Of a stretch of 64,000 nucleotides of DNA, positions 1 to 12,344 are shown one piece after another (position 1 is the stretch's first letter; each line of letters starts with the position of its first letter). The DNA is from Octopus sinensis (taxonomy: Eukaryota): contig NC_043002.1 in NCBI RefSeq assembly GCF_006345805.1, forward strand, positions 53,196,001 to 53,260,000, given 5' to 3'. The position numbers were made by a program, and so were the translations under genes. The notes beneath the pieces are model-generated. The model made no database searches. It saw only the letters and a list, made by a program, of their open reading frames with translations, and had not been told where the DNA came from.

Positions 1-236
1 TGCGCGCTAACTGTCTCTGTTTAAAGAAAATTCTAGAACTGAACTCTGATTAGCTGAAATGGGGGTGGGTCTGCATGCATGATAAACTCGTGATTTACAT
101 GTGATCTGAAATGGAGTTGGAATAACAACTGTCATACTGAGGAAAAAGTACTAGCGTTGTGTATTGACTGAACGTGTTGTATTTGTCTTAAAGATTTCGA
201 TGTACGCCTGTTAATAGGTAATAAATAAAAAAAAGT

Positions 237-580
237 GAGGGCGCGTGGCTTAGTGGTTAGGGCATTCGGCTCATGATCGTAAGGTTGTGAGTTCGATTCC
301 CGGCGACGCGTTGTGTCCTTGAGCAAGACACTTTATTTCACGTTGCTCCAGTCCACTCAGCTGGCAAAAATGAGTTATACTTGTATTTCAAAGGGTCAGC
401 CTTGTCACTCTCTGTGTCACGCTGATTATCCCCGAGAACTACGTTAAGGGTACACGTGTCTGTGGAATGCTCAGCTATTTACACGTTAATTTCACGAGCA
501 AGCTGTTCCGTTGATCGTATCAGCTGGGACCCTCGTCGTCGTAACCGGCGGAGTCTTATTAATAAAAAAAAAAAAAAAAC
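237..580 (+). mobile_element. tRNA-derived SINE, family A (tRNA head + central domain + A-rich tail)
   Basis: Pol III A box (TGGCTTAGTGG) and B box (GAGTTCGATTCC), central GTTGTGTCCTTGAGCAAGACACTTTATTTCAC shared with many copies in the window, poly(A) at 563-579. Confidence 0.85.
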
Positions 581-874
581 GAAAAAGTACTGTCGTTGTT
601 ACAGTCTGCCTAATACGTTGCTTGGATTTTAGTGTACACCGATGATTGTGATACCTTGACCCTGTATAAATATATTGCTTAATATAATTTGTGCTCACAC
701 ACACACACCGATGATGTGTTGGAGTAGCTGTTGTCTATCGAGCTGAATATCGTAAATATTTCCTGTAGATCAACGATGAGATACAGGCAGGATCTAAACT
801 TGGTTATTTATCAACAAAATTTATTTTTACTCAGCGCGTTACCATCTGTGCTGCCTTTACAAACTTGATAATAA

Positions 875-1090
875 TATCCTTTCCAATGTACGCACAAAGC
901 CTGAAATTTTAGGGTAAGGGGCTAGTCGATTACATTGATCCCAAATACTCAACTGGTACTTATGGTATCGATTTCAAAAGGATTAAGACCAAAGTCGACT
1001 TCGGTGACATTTGAACTCAGAACGTAAAGCCGGAAGAAACGCCGCTAAGCATTTTGTCCGGCTTGCTAACGATTCTGCCAGCTCGACGCT
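875..1090 (-). mobile_element. SINE family C, degenerate
   Basis: Reverse complement matches the GAGCTGGCAGAATCGTTAGC...GAGGTCGACTTTGCCTTTCATCC family (cf. 5058-5470). Confidence 0.7.
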
Positions 1091-1134
1091 ATAAACCTGA
1101 TAATGATGCGATGGAATCTCCTGTCGAAGACGAA

Positions 1135-1376
1135 GTATGAGTGTTCAGTTTTTGCCGAACGTTCTGCCCAAATGATTTGTTTATAGTGATCAAATGTATG
1201 TGTCGTACATTTGCTCTCTCACTACATCAAATCGACATTGCCTGTATAGGTGCACAAGTGTGACACACGTCAGATGTCGAAATGGTCGCAAAACAACGCG
1301 TAATGAAGTGTTTTGCTGAAGAATACAACGTGCCGCTCGGTCCAGAAATCGAACCTGTGATCTAGCGGCCTTCACA
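1135..1376 (-). mobile_element. SINE family A variant
   Basis: Shares the central domain and B box; closely similar to 30572-30836. Confidence 0.7.
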
Positions 1377-1424
1377 AACTTGATAATAACATCACAATAA
1401 ATTAATTAACGTCGGGCTCACAAA

Positions 1425-1735
1425 CATGAGGTACTGAGTTCGATTCCCGGACCGGGCTGTGTGTTGAGCGAGACACTTTATTTTTTGAGCAAGACACTAT
1501 TTCCCGTTGCTGCCAGCTCACTCAGCTGTAGAAATGAGTTGTATTATCATTGGTGCCAAGCAGTATCAGCCTTTTCTTTCCCTTGGATAACATCGGTGGT
1601 GTGGAGAGGGGAGGGCAGTCATGGTCTTCCATCAGACTGGTGGTCTTCCATAAGCAACCTTGCCCGGACTTGTGCCTCGGAGGGGAAATTTCTCGGTGCA
1701 CTCCCAAGATCATTTATGACTGAAATGTATCTTTA
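1425..1735 (+). mobile_element. SINE family A variant
   Basis: B box GAGTTCGATTCC, central domain, tail similar to 49563-49895 and 10099-10395. Confidence 0.75.
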
Positions 1736-2004
1736 CGATGGTAGTATTAATAATGGTTTCAAATTTTGGCATAAGACCAGTAATTATAGGGAGTGGCATC
1801 AGTTACATAATTACATATTGTATGATTTAAGTTTGTATGTTTTCGAACTAAGGATTGAAGCTTCATATACATTCGGGAGCACTAATAAATTTCGTTGATT
1901 AGTTATCATTAGTCGAGTTCATATAACCTCTCACAAGAGGTAAATCGATTCTATAAATGTTTCCCCAGCGCAGCATAGAATCACCGTTTATCAATATCAC
2001 TTGC

Positions 2005-2451
2005 TTGCTTTTAATCATTAGACTGCTGCCATGCTGGGGCATTCCTTTGAAGGATTTAGTCGATCAAATCGAACCCCAGTACTTTTTAAAAACCTAGTAC
2101 TTATTCTATTTACCTCTTTTACTGAACCGCTACGTTAAACAAACCAACACTTGTTTTCAAACGGTAGTGGCGTTCAAAGACATCACACACACACACGCAT
2201 GCACGCACACGCGCGAGCGCGCACACACATGCATACATATATACATGCATACATATGTACATACACACACACACACACATATATATATAGGATGGGTTTC
2301 TTTCGGTTTCCGTTTACTAAATCCACTCTCAAGACTTTGGTCGGACTCGGTGCTATAGCAGAAGACACTTCCCTCAAGATTCCACGCAGTGGGACTGAAT
2401 CCATGACCACGTAGTTGAGAAGCTTTTCAACCACTCAGCCACGCCTGCGCC
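2005..2451 (-). mobile_element. SINE family B with internal microsatellite
   Basis: Reverse complement of the family at 4313-4742. Confidence 0.75.
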
Positions 2452-2954
2452 CATACCCACTAAAAATGGAGCAGAAACTTTACGAAGTCAGAAGATTTTT
2501 ATATGAATTGTTTTGCCTACATCGATTTCGATGAATACGAAAAGGAAAAATCAAGACAAAATGCTAGCTCTACTCTGTACTCTCTGGGTTATTTTCTTCC
2601 CACATCTATCTTTAGATAATAGAAGCTTCTTAATCTTGCCTCTGCTTTTACTAATGAAACCCATATATACCTGACTTAATCGTGATTGTTTCCATACTTC
2701 TATTTATTATTCTGTATTTCTTTTACTTAACTATTTTATACACATTCTGGCACCCTTACCCACACATCATATACATCTGTTAACGGATGTCCTCATCTCT
2801 GTAACATTTCTGCTATATTTAGACATGCACTTTTATATATATTTTTACATATATTTTAAGTGCATTTTTAAGAGAGTACATTCCAAACAGTACTTAACTT
2901 CATACCCTCTATTTATAATTAGCTATGCTAATATAATTACATATATACACACAC

Positions 2955-2985
<31 letters not shown>

Positions 2986-4312
2986 GTCGTCGTCGTCGTC
3001 GTCCTCACTTGGCAGGATATTATAGGTGTATCATATTCATACTGAGCGTTTTAGGTCAATGCTGCTAATAGGTTCCCCTACTTATATCATTGTGGATCTT
3101 TCTAGCTTCAAGCTTTGGGTCAATATGTCTTTAACCACGGTAGAAGCAAGATTAAGTTAGCTCAGCAGAAGGGTTTTATGTCAAAAGGTATGTGTGGGGG
3201 GAAAAGTATAAAGAAGAGCTAACATTTCATCCAAAGGTTCCTGTGGTTGGCTCATCTCTTATAGCTCAATGAGAGTTCAGGGTCACCGTCCATCGTTTTA
3301 TCCATTTGTTGTGTCCTCACGCTCTTTTGTGGTTGAATAGGGTCGATGGGCCGCGAATTCTCTTCCAGCTCTTCCATTAACCTTCGCCTCCTCGTAAGCA
3401 CTCGCAGGCAGTGAGGTTTTATGATCGCATTTGTCGGAGTCTTGCCAGACTATTGAGATTAAAACTCCCGTCCAGTTATATCCGGCTAGAGAGCAGCAAA
3501 CATTAATCTACACTATTACTAGATGCACAGACCACCAGGTAGCTGTTAGAGTGGAAGATGGTTTTAATAAATGAAGAATTTTCGTAGTATTGTATTTCTC
3601 TTTGCTGACTTTTGTCTATGCAAATTACTTAGTCCATAACTGCTTTCTGCTCTGTTTCCTATAAATCCTTTGACTACTGGAGATAAGGTCGGACAATTGC
3701 TGTGCTGATGTCGATTACCCGTCTATTATCACCAAACAATAAGCTTGTCCTTTTCCTCAATGGAGTGTCAATTTTTGAGAATACTTGAGTCGAGAGATTA
3801 TCACCCATTTTCAGGCGAATCTGGTCTTAATTGCCATTTACTTTGTTATGATATATTGTCAGAGGTGGAAAGATATGTTATTTGACATACCGGTACTTTT
3901 CTATGTTAGAGTGTAGCCTGAACTTACGGATTGGCTTAGTATCAGGAAAAAAAAGAGTTTGGTTAGAATGCCTTGTTTCCGCCATCTGCTTTGAACTGTA
4001 CTCAGAGGAGGTGATTTGCAAGTTAGTGAATGATCTTAAATGGATCGGTTGCAATTCAGATTTGAATTGATAAAGTTAGTCGCGTTTCAAGTGAGTTTCA
4101 GGTAAAGATCGACTCAAAAAGAAAGAAAACAAAACCCTCAAAACGTGATCATGACAACTACGATGGAACCAGAGCAACTTACCACATGATACTAAGGGAT
4201 TAATATAGCTCAGGTTGACAAATCTAAGTACTTGTTTCAATTGTTGGCGAAACACTAGGCTGCACCTAGGAAATTACGGAAAGACTAAGTGCAGCTTTAA
4301 AGATTTCTCAAG

Positions 4313-4474
4313 TCGCAGGAGTGGCTGTGTGGTAAGTAGCTTGTTTACCAACTACATGGTTCCGGGTTCAGTCCCACTGCGTGGCACCTTGGGCAAGTCT
4401 CTTCTACTATAGCCTCGGGCCGACCAAAGCCTTGTCAGTGGATTTGGTAGACGGAAACTGAAAGAAGCCCGTCG

Positions 4475-4539
<65 letters not shown>

Positions 4540-4742
4540 GTCTGTGTGTTTGTGTGTCTGCGTTTGTCTCCCTAGCATTGCTTGACAACCCCGTTACTTA
4601 GCGGTTCGGCAAAAGAAACCGATAGAATAAGTACTGGGCTTACAAAAGAATAAGTCCCGGGGTCAAAGTCGCTCGATTAAAGGCGGTGCTCCAGCATGGC
4701 CGCAGTCAAATGACTGAAACAAGTAAAAGAGTAAAAGAGAGT
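4313..4742 (+). mobile_element. SINE family B, near full length
   Basis: tRNA-like head GTGGCTGTGTGGTAAG...GGTTCAGTCCC, CCTTGGGCAAG core, internal (TA)n, tail GGCGGTGCTCCAGCATGGCCGCAGTCAAATGACTGAAAC plus (GTAAAAGA)n. Confidence 0.85.
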
Positions 4743-5057
4743 GATATTGAGTGAGTGCACCCTCAATAAAAGTATCAAGCTGAAACTCCTGGAAAAAGAA
4801 AGAAAGAAAAGAAAAGAAAAGAAAAGAAAAGAATCTTTGCCATTCAGGCCAGTAACGTTGCCGTTAGTGTGAAGCAGGGACAGTAAGAGCGGCCGACACC
4901 AAGCGATTGAAGAAGCGTTCGAGATGACATGCAACAGGCGAACTCTGCGGATCAGTTGGGCGGCCTTGTAAGATTAATGATTCGATCATGGAGGAGATGG
5001 GAGAAGAAAGACTATTAGTGACCATGGTTATTAGACGGCGACAGCAGTAGCGTTTTG

Positions 5058-5470
5058 GCCGCTGGCAGAATCGTTAGCAAGCCGGGCGAAATGCTTAGCG
5101 GTATTTCGTCTGCCGTTACGTTGTGAGTTCAAATTCTGCCGAGGTCGACTTTGCCTTTCATCCCTTTCGGGGTCGATAAATTAAGTACCAGTTACGCACT
5201 GGGGTCGATGTAATCGACTTAATACCTATGTCTGTCCTTGTTTGTCCCCTCTATGTTTAACCCCTTGTGGGTAATAAAGAAATAGGTATTTCGTCTGCCG
5301 TTACGTTGTGAGTTCAAATTCTGCCGAGGTCGACTTTGCCTTTCATCCTTTTGGGGGTCGATAAATTAAGTACCAGTTACGCACTGGGGTCGATATAATC
5401 GACTTAATACCTATGTCTGTCCTTGTTTGTCCCCTCTATGTTTAGCCCCTTGTGGGTAATAAAGAAATAG
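5058..5470 (+). mobile_element. SINE family C with internal ~185-bp tandem duplication
   Basis: Segment GGTATTTCGTCTGCC...TAATAAAGAAATAG occurs twice (about 5100-5285 and 5285-5470). Confidence 0.85.
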
Positions 5471-5509
5471 CTATCAAAGTTCAGAACCCACATTCTTTAA
5501 TCGCCTTTT

Positions 5510-5902
5510 TTTTAATACTTGTTTCAGTCATTGGACTGCAGCCAAACCGAGGCTCCGCCTTGAAGGGTTTAGTTGAACAACTTGTCCCCAGGACTTATTT
5601 ACAAGTTTGGTTCCTATTCCATCGGCCAATAAACAAACCAATACCAGTTGTCAAACAGTGGTAGTCGACAGACACAATCACAAACACACACACACACACA
5701 TACACACACACACTCTCTCTCTCTCATATATACTCACACATACACACAGACACACACGACAGAGTTTCTACATATTCACAAGGTATTGGTCGACCCGGTG
5801 CTTTTGTAGAAGACACATGACCAAAGTACCGTGCAGTGGGATTGAACCCGAAACCACGCGGCTACAAAACGAGTTCCTTGACTTCACAGCTATGCCTGCG
5901 CC
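5510..5902 (-). mobile_element. SINE family B, degenerate
   Basis: Reverse-complement similarity to 4313-4742. Confidence 0.65.
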
Positions 5903-6815
5903 TGGAATGAATACTATTATATGGTAATTTACCCAAACTAATTTAGCAATACTATTCAGACTTCTAAAAGTTTCTCACCAATTTTTCGTCTAACGCACAC
6001 TATTACTTGGTCAAACACTTTCAAATCAAACACATTTAATAATATTCTTCTAACTTCTAAAGATTTCTTACTCATTTCGTATAATATTTCATTACCGAAA
6101 CCAAATGTTAATGTTCCCTTGTTTAAAGGAAACTATTATAGAGCTACTTACCCCAGTTTAACCTTTCGCAACCAAACTAAGGTTGGTTAAACAAATTTAA
6201 TATTCTTCTAACATTTAAAATATTCCCTACCGTTTCTAGTTTAGCGAATACTCTTTTATGGTCATTTATCATAAACTTGTTTACTTTCACCTAAATCTCG
6301 ATAGCCTAAACAAATTTAATAACAGTCTTATGACATCTAAATTGCTGCTCCCCAATTTACTGCGTTTTATTGCTTTAACTGTCATCTATTTTAAAAACTT
6401 ATTCTTGTTCCTAATTCATTCTTGGCTCTCACTTCGGATTTTATTTACACACTCGTAAATTAAATATCTAGATACATTAATGAAATATACCTTCCATACT
6501 AGTCAACTAAATCTGTCCATGTTCTTTTAAAATTGAGATATATAGCCTCAGTACTAGCATAGAAGTTAACGATTTTAACTTCACGCTACATTCCACTCCT
6601 TTGTTTTCTTTATTCTTTTACCTTGTCTTCCTTGCAAACTTAATTTTCTACTTCTTTACTGTTGGTGATTAAAAACTGAGTTTTCTGTTAGGTAGAAGGC
6701 AATTTGAGGGATCTCCGATAAGAAATCCCTTAAAAGAGAAAGGGTCAAGAAAAGAAGAAAAAAAAGGAAGGCTAACGCACACACCTGCGCACACGCACAC
6801 TCACGTATTTATTCA

Positions 6816-6875
6816 TTTTTTTTTCATTTTATCTAGTTTCAGCTCATGAGCTGTGGCCATGCTGGGGCACCGCCA
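6816..6875 (-). mobile_element. Solo retroposon 3' tail
   Basis: TGGCGGTGCCCCAGCATGGCCACAGCTCATGAGCTGAAAC plus A-rich tail, homologous to the SINE B tail. Confidence 0.7.
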
Positions 6876-6899
6876 TTTTTTAAATCTTTATTTATTTAT

Positions 6900-7140
6900 T
6901 TTTAATCTTTTACTTGTTTTAGTCATTACACTGAGGCTATGCTGGGGCACCGCCTTGGAAGGTCTACTTGAACAGATCCACCCCAATACTTATTCTTTAA
7001 AGCCTGGTTCTTATTCTTTTGGTCTCTTTTGCGGACCGCCAAGTTACGGGGACATCAGTTGTCAAGCGGTGGTTGGGGTTATACAAACTTCTTTCAATTT
7101 CCGTCTACCAAATCCACTCACAAGGCTTTGGTCGGCCGAG
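6900..7140 (-). mobile_element. SINE family B, partial
   Basis: Tail and body motifs of family B. Confidence 0.65.
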
Positions 7141-7504
7141 ATTTTTTCGAAGTGATTTATATGATCGAAAATATATAATTTATAAGTGTTCATGGTGTCA
7201 TAGTGAGGATATGATCAAAGACTTTGCCATTAAAAAAAAAAAGCGGGAGAAAACTTTTCAAATATTAATTAAATGGAAGAACACAAAAATAAACTTTATT
7301 TTCCATCTTACTATTAGTTTCATTTCATTTTATGATTGTTTTATTATTGTTTATAATTTGAAATGCATATATATGGGGGCACTAACATCTTTTAAGTGTT
7401 TAGGGCCTCCATGTGTCTTAATTCGGTCTTGTATGGATGTATGCATTTGTCTTAAAGGATGCGAAAAGGAATACGGTTGAAAGTTGCTTCAACTCCAGAT
7501 CTAT

Positions 7505-7765
7505 ACCTATTTCTTTATTACCCACAAGGGGCTAAACACAGAGGGGACAAACAAGGACAGACATAGGTATTAAGTCGATTACATCGACCCCAGTGCGGAA
7601 CTGGTAATTAATTTATCGACCCCAGTGCGGAACTGGTACTTAATTTATCGACCCCGAAAGGATGAAAGGCAAAGTCAACCTCGGCGGAATTTGAACTCAC
7701 AACGTAACGACAGACGAAATACCGCTAAGCATTTCATCCGGCGTGCTAACGTTTCTGCCAGCTCC
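7505..7765 (-). mobile_element. SINE family C with apparent target-site duplication
   Basis: Family C sequence flanked on both sides by CCAGATCTATACC (about 7495 and 7765). Confidence 0.8.
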
Positions 7766-8483
7766 CAGATCTATACCACCGAGAAGATCTTTTAAATAAA
7801 GATGACCATTCCATCTTTTCTGCTTGTCAGAGACTACAATATGCAAGGACGAAAATTAATCAAGGCGGGAGACGGGACATCAAGCAAATCAATGCATTCG
7901 GCCCAATAATACTTATTGATAAAAATCCACAAAATACATAGAACAGGATCGGGTTCCTTAGTCTCCCGAGACCCTGGGTAACTGCCCAGTGTGCCCACGC
8001 CTTACGACAACTACGGAAGGGTGTGATTTAAAGGAGATTTGGCTGCTATTTCTAACAGATCGACCGACAGCAGACGAAGCGTGACTTTGCTTTTCATTCA
8101 ATCGAGCGTCATTAAAATTACCAGTCAATTACTTAGGTCGATTTAATGTTCTTAGAAAGCATCTTAAATGTGAATGGAATTAGAATATTTCTTCAGTTCT
8201 TTGATTTGGTCATCACGGCTAAGGCCATGCCGGTGCAACGCCTAAAATTTCATCGCTTGCTAATACTGGTAATAGTAATAAATAAATAGATAAAAAAAAA
8301 TAAAGTAATAATATCAGTGAAGGCGAGCAATAGATGCAGAAAGCAATTCTCCTGTCTCTGTCTCTCTATCTTCCACTGCTTCTCTCTGTAAATAATATTT
8401 AAAATATATGATCAATTTCATTATCATATATGTATGTATGTATGTATGTATGTATATATGTATGTATGTATGTATGTATGTGT

Positions 8484-8531
<48 letters not shown>

Positions 8532-8539
8532 GTATATGC

Positions 8540-8576
<37 letters not shown>

Positions 8577-8815
8577 TATATATAATATATGTATAATATG
8601 TATATATGATATATATATATATATATATATATATGTTATATATGTATATATAAATGTATATGCATATATATATATGTATATATTATATATATGTATATGC
8701 ATATAATATATGTATATATATATTGTATATGCATATATATATATGTATATATATATAGTATATAGATATATCTATATATGTATATATATTATGTATATAG
8801 ATATATATATATATG

Positions 8816-8846
<31 letters not shown>

Positions 8847-9002
8847 GTATATATAATGTATATATATATATAATATAACGATTTAGGAGTGACCCCAACA
8901 GGTCACTCGTCCACCAGAAAGAGCAGCCATAAAACTCACACCGCCAAGTATTAGTAATTCAGAAATTAGGTGAAAATTTAAAAAAACATTTACCCTAAGT
9001 CA

Positions 9003-9102
9003 TCTTTTAGACGTTGCAACGTTTCTGTGTTCATTAATGATTAAATTAGCTTAATAAATTAAATTAAGCCAATCTACCATAGGTTACACTCATCATAAAA
9101 GA
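9003..9102 (-). ncRNA. Type I hammerhead ribozyme motif, copy 1 (C3 missing in this assembly)
   Basis: UCUUUUA-UGAUGA-stem II-GAA-ACGUUGCAACGU-C-UAAAAGA. Confidence 0.55.
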
Positions 9103-9467
9103 CTGGGAGAGACAAACATACACGAGGCGTCTGTATTGATGCCTACGGGATATCTGACTTAAAATTTTCAAGACTGACGTATTCGCGCCAACTTATCAAC
9201 AGTAAATATAACCTGCCGATTCAATCTCAGAATTATTCAGAAAATTATCAATAGTCAATTTAGGGTAGCAAAAAAATTTCAATAGAAATTTATCGCAACC
9301 AGCGGCCTGGTGAAAAAGAGAAAATAGTCATCGACTAAATATAAATATAACGATTTAGGAGTGACCCCAACAGGTCACTCGTCCACCAGAAAGAGCAGCC
9401 ATAACTCACACCGCCAAGTATTAGTAATTCAGAAATTAGGTGAAAATTAAAAACATTACCTAATTCA

Positions 9468-9569
9468 TCTTTTAGACGTTGCAACGTTTCTGTGTCATTA
9501 ATGATTAAATTAGCTTAATTAAAATTAATTAAGCCAATCTACCATAGGTTACACTTCATCAGTAAAAGA
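9468..9569 (-). ncRNA. Type I hammerhead ribozyme with extended stem II
   Basis: Stem I UCUUUUA/UAAAAGA; core CUGAUGA; stem II GUGU/ACAC with ~15-bp inner hairpin; GAA; stem III ACGU-UGCA-ACGU; GUC cleavage triplet. Confidence 0.75.
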
Positions 9570-9978
9570 CCTGGGAGAGACAAACATACACGAGGCGTCT
9601 GTATTGATGCCTACGGGATATCTGACTTAAAATTTTCAAGACTGACGTATTCGCGCAAACTTATCACAGTAAATATAACCTGCCGATTCAATCTCAGAAT
9701 TATTCAGAAAATTATCAATTAGTCAATTTAGGGTAGCAAAAAAATTCAATAGAATTTATCGCAACCAGCGGCCTGGTGAAAAAGAGAAAATAGTCATCGA
9801 CTAAATATATAAATATAACGATTTAGGAGTGAAAATCGTTATATTTATATATTTAGTCGATGACATTTTCTCTTTTTCACCAGGCCGCTGGTTGCGATAA
9901 ATTTCTATTGAAATTTTTTTGCTACCCTAAATGACTAATTGATAATTTCTGATAATTCTGAGATTGAATCGGCAGGTT

Positions 9979-10078
9979 ATATTTACTGTTGATAAGTTNN
10001 NNNNNNNNNNNNNNNNNNNNNNNNNNNNNNNNNNNNNNNNNNNNNNNNNNNNNNNNNNNNNNNNNNNNNNNNNNNNNN
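9979..10078. other. Assembly gap (100 N)
   Basis: Run of n. Confidence 1.
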
Positions 10079-10098
10079 NNNNNNNNNNNNNNNNNNNN

Positions 10099-10395
10099 CC
10101 TAGAAAGTTACCCTCCCAGGCACAAGTCTGGGCAAGATTGTTTATGGAAGACCAGCAGTCGCCCATGCATACCAGCCTCACCTCTCCATGCCACCAGTGT
10201 TATCCAAGGGAAAGGCAAAGACCGATACAACTTGGCACCAGTGACGTCGCAACTCATTTCTACAGCTGAGTGAACTGGAGCAACGTGAAATAAAGTATCT
10301 TGCTCAAGAACACAATACGCAGCCCGGTCTGGGATTCGAACTCACAACCTCACGATCGTAAGCTCGACGATCTAACCATTGAGCCATGCGCCTTC
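10099..10395 (-). mobile_element. SINE family A
   Basis: tRNA head GGCGCATGGCTCAATGGTTAGA...GAGTTCGAATCCC on the minus strand plus central domain. Confidence 0.85.
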
Positions 10396-11444
10396 GCCAT
10401 AAGTTATACTTCGCCATAAATTATACTCAGATAAAAACAAAAAACAATCTATTATCAATAAAAGAAAACATTTTTATCAATTGACTGAATTCATATCAGA
10501 TCAAAATGCAACTTAACCCTGTTTTCTGCTGTAGTATAGCTGGGTGAAGTTGTGTAATGTGGTCAGTTTGCCTCACGTGATTCTTTTATAGCAATTCTAG
10601 GTCTGTTTCTTAAGCTTGTATAAGAGGTGATGGTATGCAAACACTAGGATTACCACGGGCAGTACGCGATGAATTTTTTCCTACGCGAGTTCCGGACCCC
10701 AGCAATAAAATCATTTGCATACGGCCAATCAGAGCTCACCTTGACCTTGTTGTCAATTTAGCTAACACACTCTACCAAGTAAACTCAAGACGAGAAACGG
10801 TTTTGCAAGTCGACCGATCGCCAAGTTATGCCTGGTTTTAGAAGGAGACAAGTAATTAGATAGATTTGCGGATTTTGTTAGGCCCCATATGGTAAAGATG
10901 TGGATGGGAAAAATATGGCTAGGGGGTTATGTGCTAGCAACCTTCTCCCCTTACTGTTTTACAAAGTAAACAGCACAAATAACCACGTAGAGACAGCCAT
11001 GGTTGAAACAAGAACAAGAACAAAGGCATTCTTAAAAAGGGTTTTGGAAAACATGATATAGTAAGAATGGCAGTACGGAAGCTTGAATGTGTGCCGCCCG
11101 TGGTAGTACGGTAGCTTGAGTGTGTCATCCGTGGTAGCATTTGTGTCTACTGCCCCACTTGTTTCCTTTACAGACTTATACATCAGACTCCTCTTAAAAG
11201 CATCACCCGGGGGCGGACCGCTCCCATCGTATTCCTATCTAGCAACGCTACTGAAGAATGATTGCTAAGACACCAGCGATTTTGTTGAACTTCAATAGTA
11301 CACCACGTAGTTCCTTCTTGTTAACAACAACTAAATATTTAAGCCAGGATACGAAATCGAATCCGCAATTTACAAATAAGTCCTCGGCTAATTGTTCTCG
11401 CTTTTTGCACTAAGAAATTTATTAGAATAAGCTGACCTCTTTAT

Positions 11445-11535
11445 CTTTCTGAAGTCATATATAGGTCTTTCTGAAGTCATATACAGGACCTCTTTATCTT
11501 TCTGAAGTCATTATCTTTCTGAAGTCATATACAGA
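11445..11535. repeat. Short imperfect tandem repeat (TCTTTCTGAAGTCAT x4)
   Basis: Direct inspection. Confidence 0.8.
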
Positions 11536-12344
11536 AGAAAACTTCTTTGTTTTCCATACGAAGAATATAAATACGTGAAGCCAAATAGCTTTCTTTCTCT
11601 TTGGGTTAACCCGTCTCTGCTCGAAGAGCAACTTTCTCAGTAAGCTGCTCAACGCACGAAAGTAGATTTATCACCCATTCTACTTACCCAGACTTTAATA
11701 CTCTGTCTATTTTTAGTAGTCACACAGATGAAGTAGACACACAATGAATTACAGAATAAGAGACAATTTGTTTACTGCAACAACAAACAAGCTGTGTTCA
11801 CAAACAGCAATAAGAAATTATATTCTCTACATTGTAATGATGCACGTTCGGACTGTAACATGTAAATAAAACGATCAGTTTCATAAGCAGTTAATATTGT
11901 TCTCATTCCTCCATTTATACTATAGATCTTGACATTAAACTCCTGTGGCTAACTGTTTATAGATTGCCGTTTCTACTTTTAGGAAATCCAGAAAAACACT
12001 CAACCCCACCAAAATGGGATGCAACAGTTTTATACTACTCATCTGACTTACCAGGATTAACGATGATAAAACCAAGTGCACGGAATATGCCTTACTCATT
12101 ATCATTACGGGCAAGCATGGGAGTGCGATAAAAAAAAGTTCGTTGCATGGAACCTTGGTCAATTATTATAGTCCTTGTGAGTGGATTTGAAGCCCATTAT
12201 GTGTGTGTGTGTTATGTATGTATGTATGTATGTATGATGTATGTGTATCAGTGTGTCTGTGTTTGTCATCACCACCGCTTGACAGCAAGTGTTAGCGGTT
12301 CGGTAAAAAAGCCCGAAATAATGAGTATCGATGTACGTTCGGCC

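Larger units (their letters stand above)
8872..9978. repeat. Tandem ~470-bp repeat (2 units plus start of a third) followed by an inverted partial copy
   Basis: CGATTTAGGAGTGA at 8879, 9351 and 9819; 9833-9978 is the reverse complement of about 9660-9824. Confidence 0.9.

Noticed and set aside
237-310. tRNA-like sequence as a functional tRNA
   Set aside because: It lacks a paired acceptor stem and runs straight into the SINE body; it is a SINE head.
4700-4730. SINE tail hairpin followed by GAAAC as a hammerhead
   Set aside because: No CUGANGA-like core upstream and no stem I.
5930-6660. AT-rich stretch that may be decayed coding sequence
   Set aside because: Many stops and no recognisable motif; cannot be supported.
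8314-8898. Long ORFs rich in YI/HT/CV repeats (also about 25870-26424, 42449-42838 and many others)
   Set aside because: They are translations of (TA)n, (TATG)n and (CA)n microsatellites, not genes.
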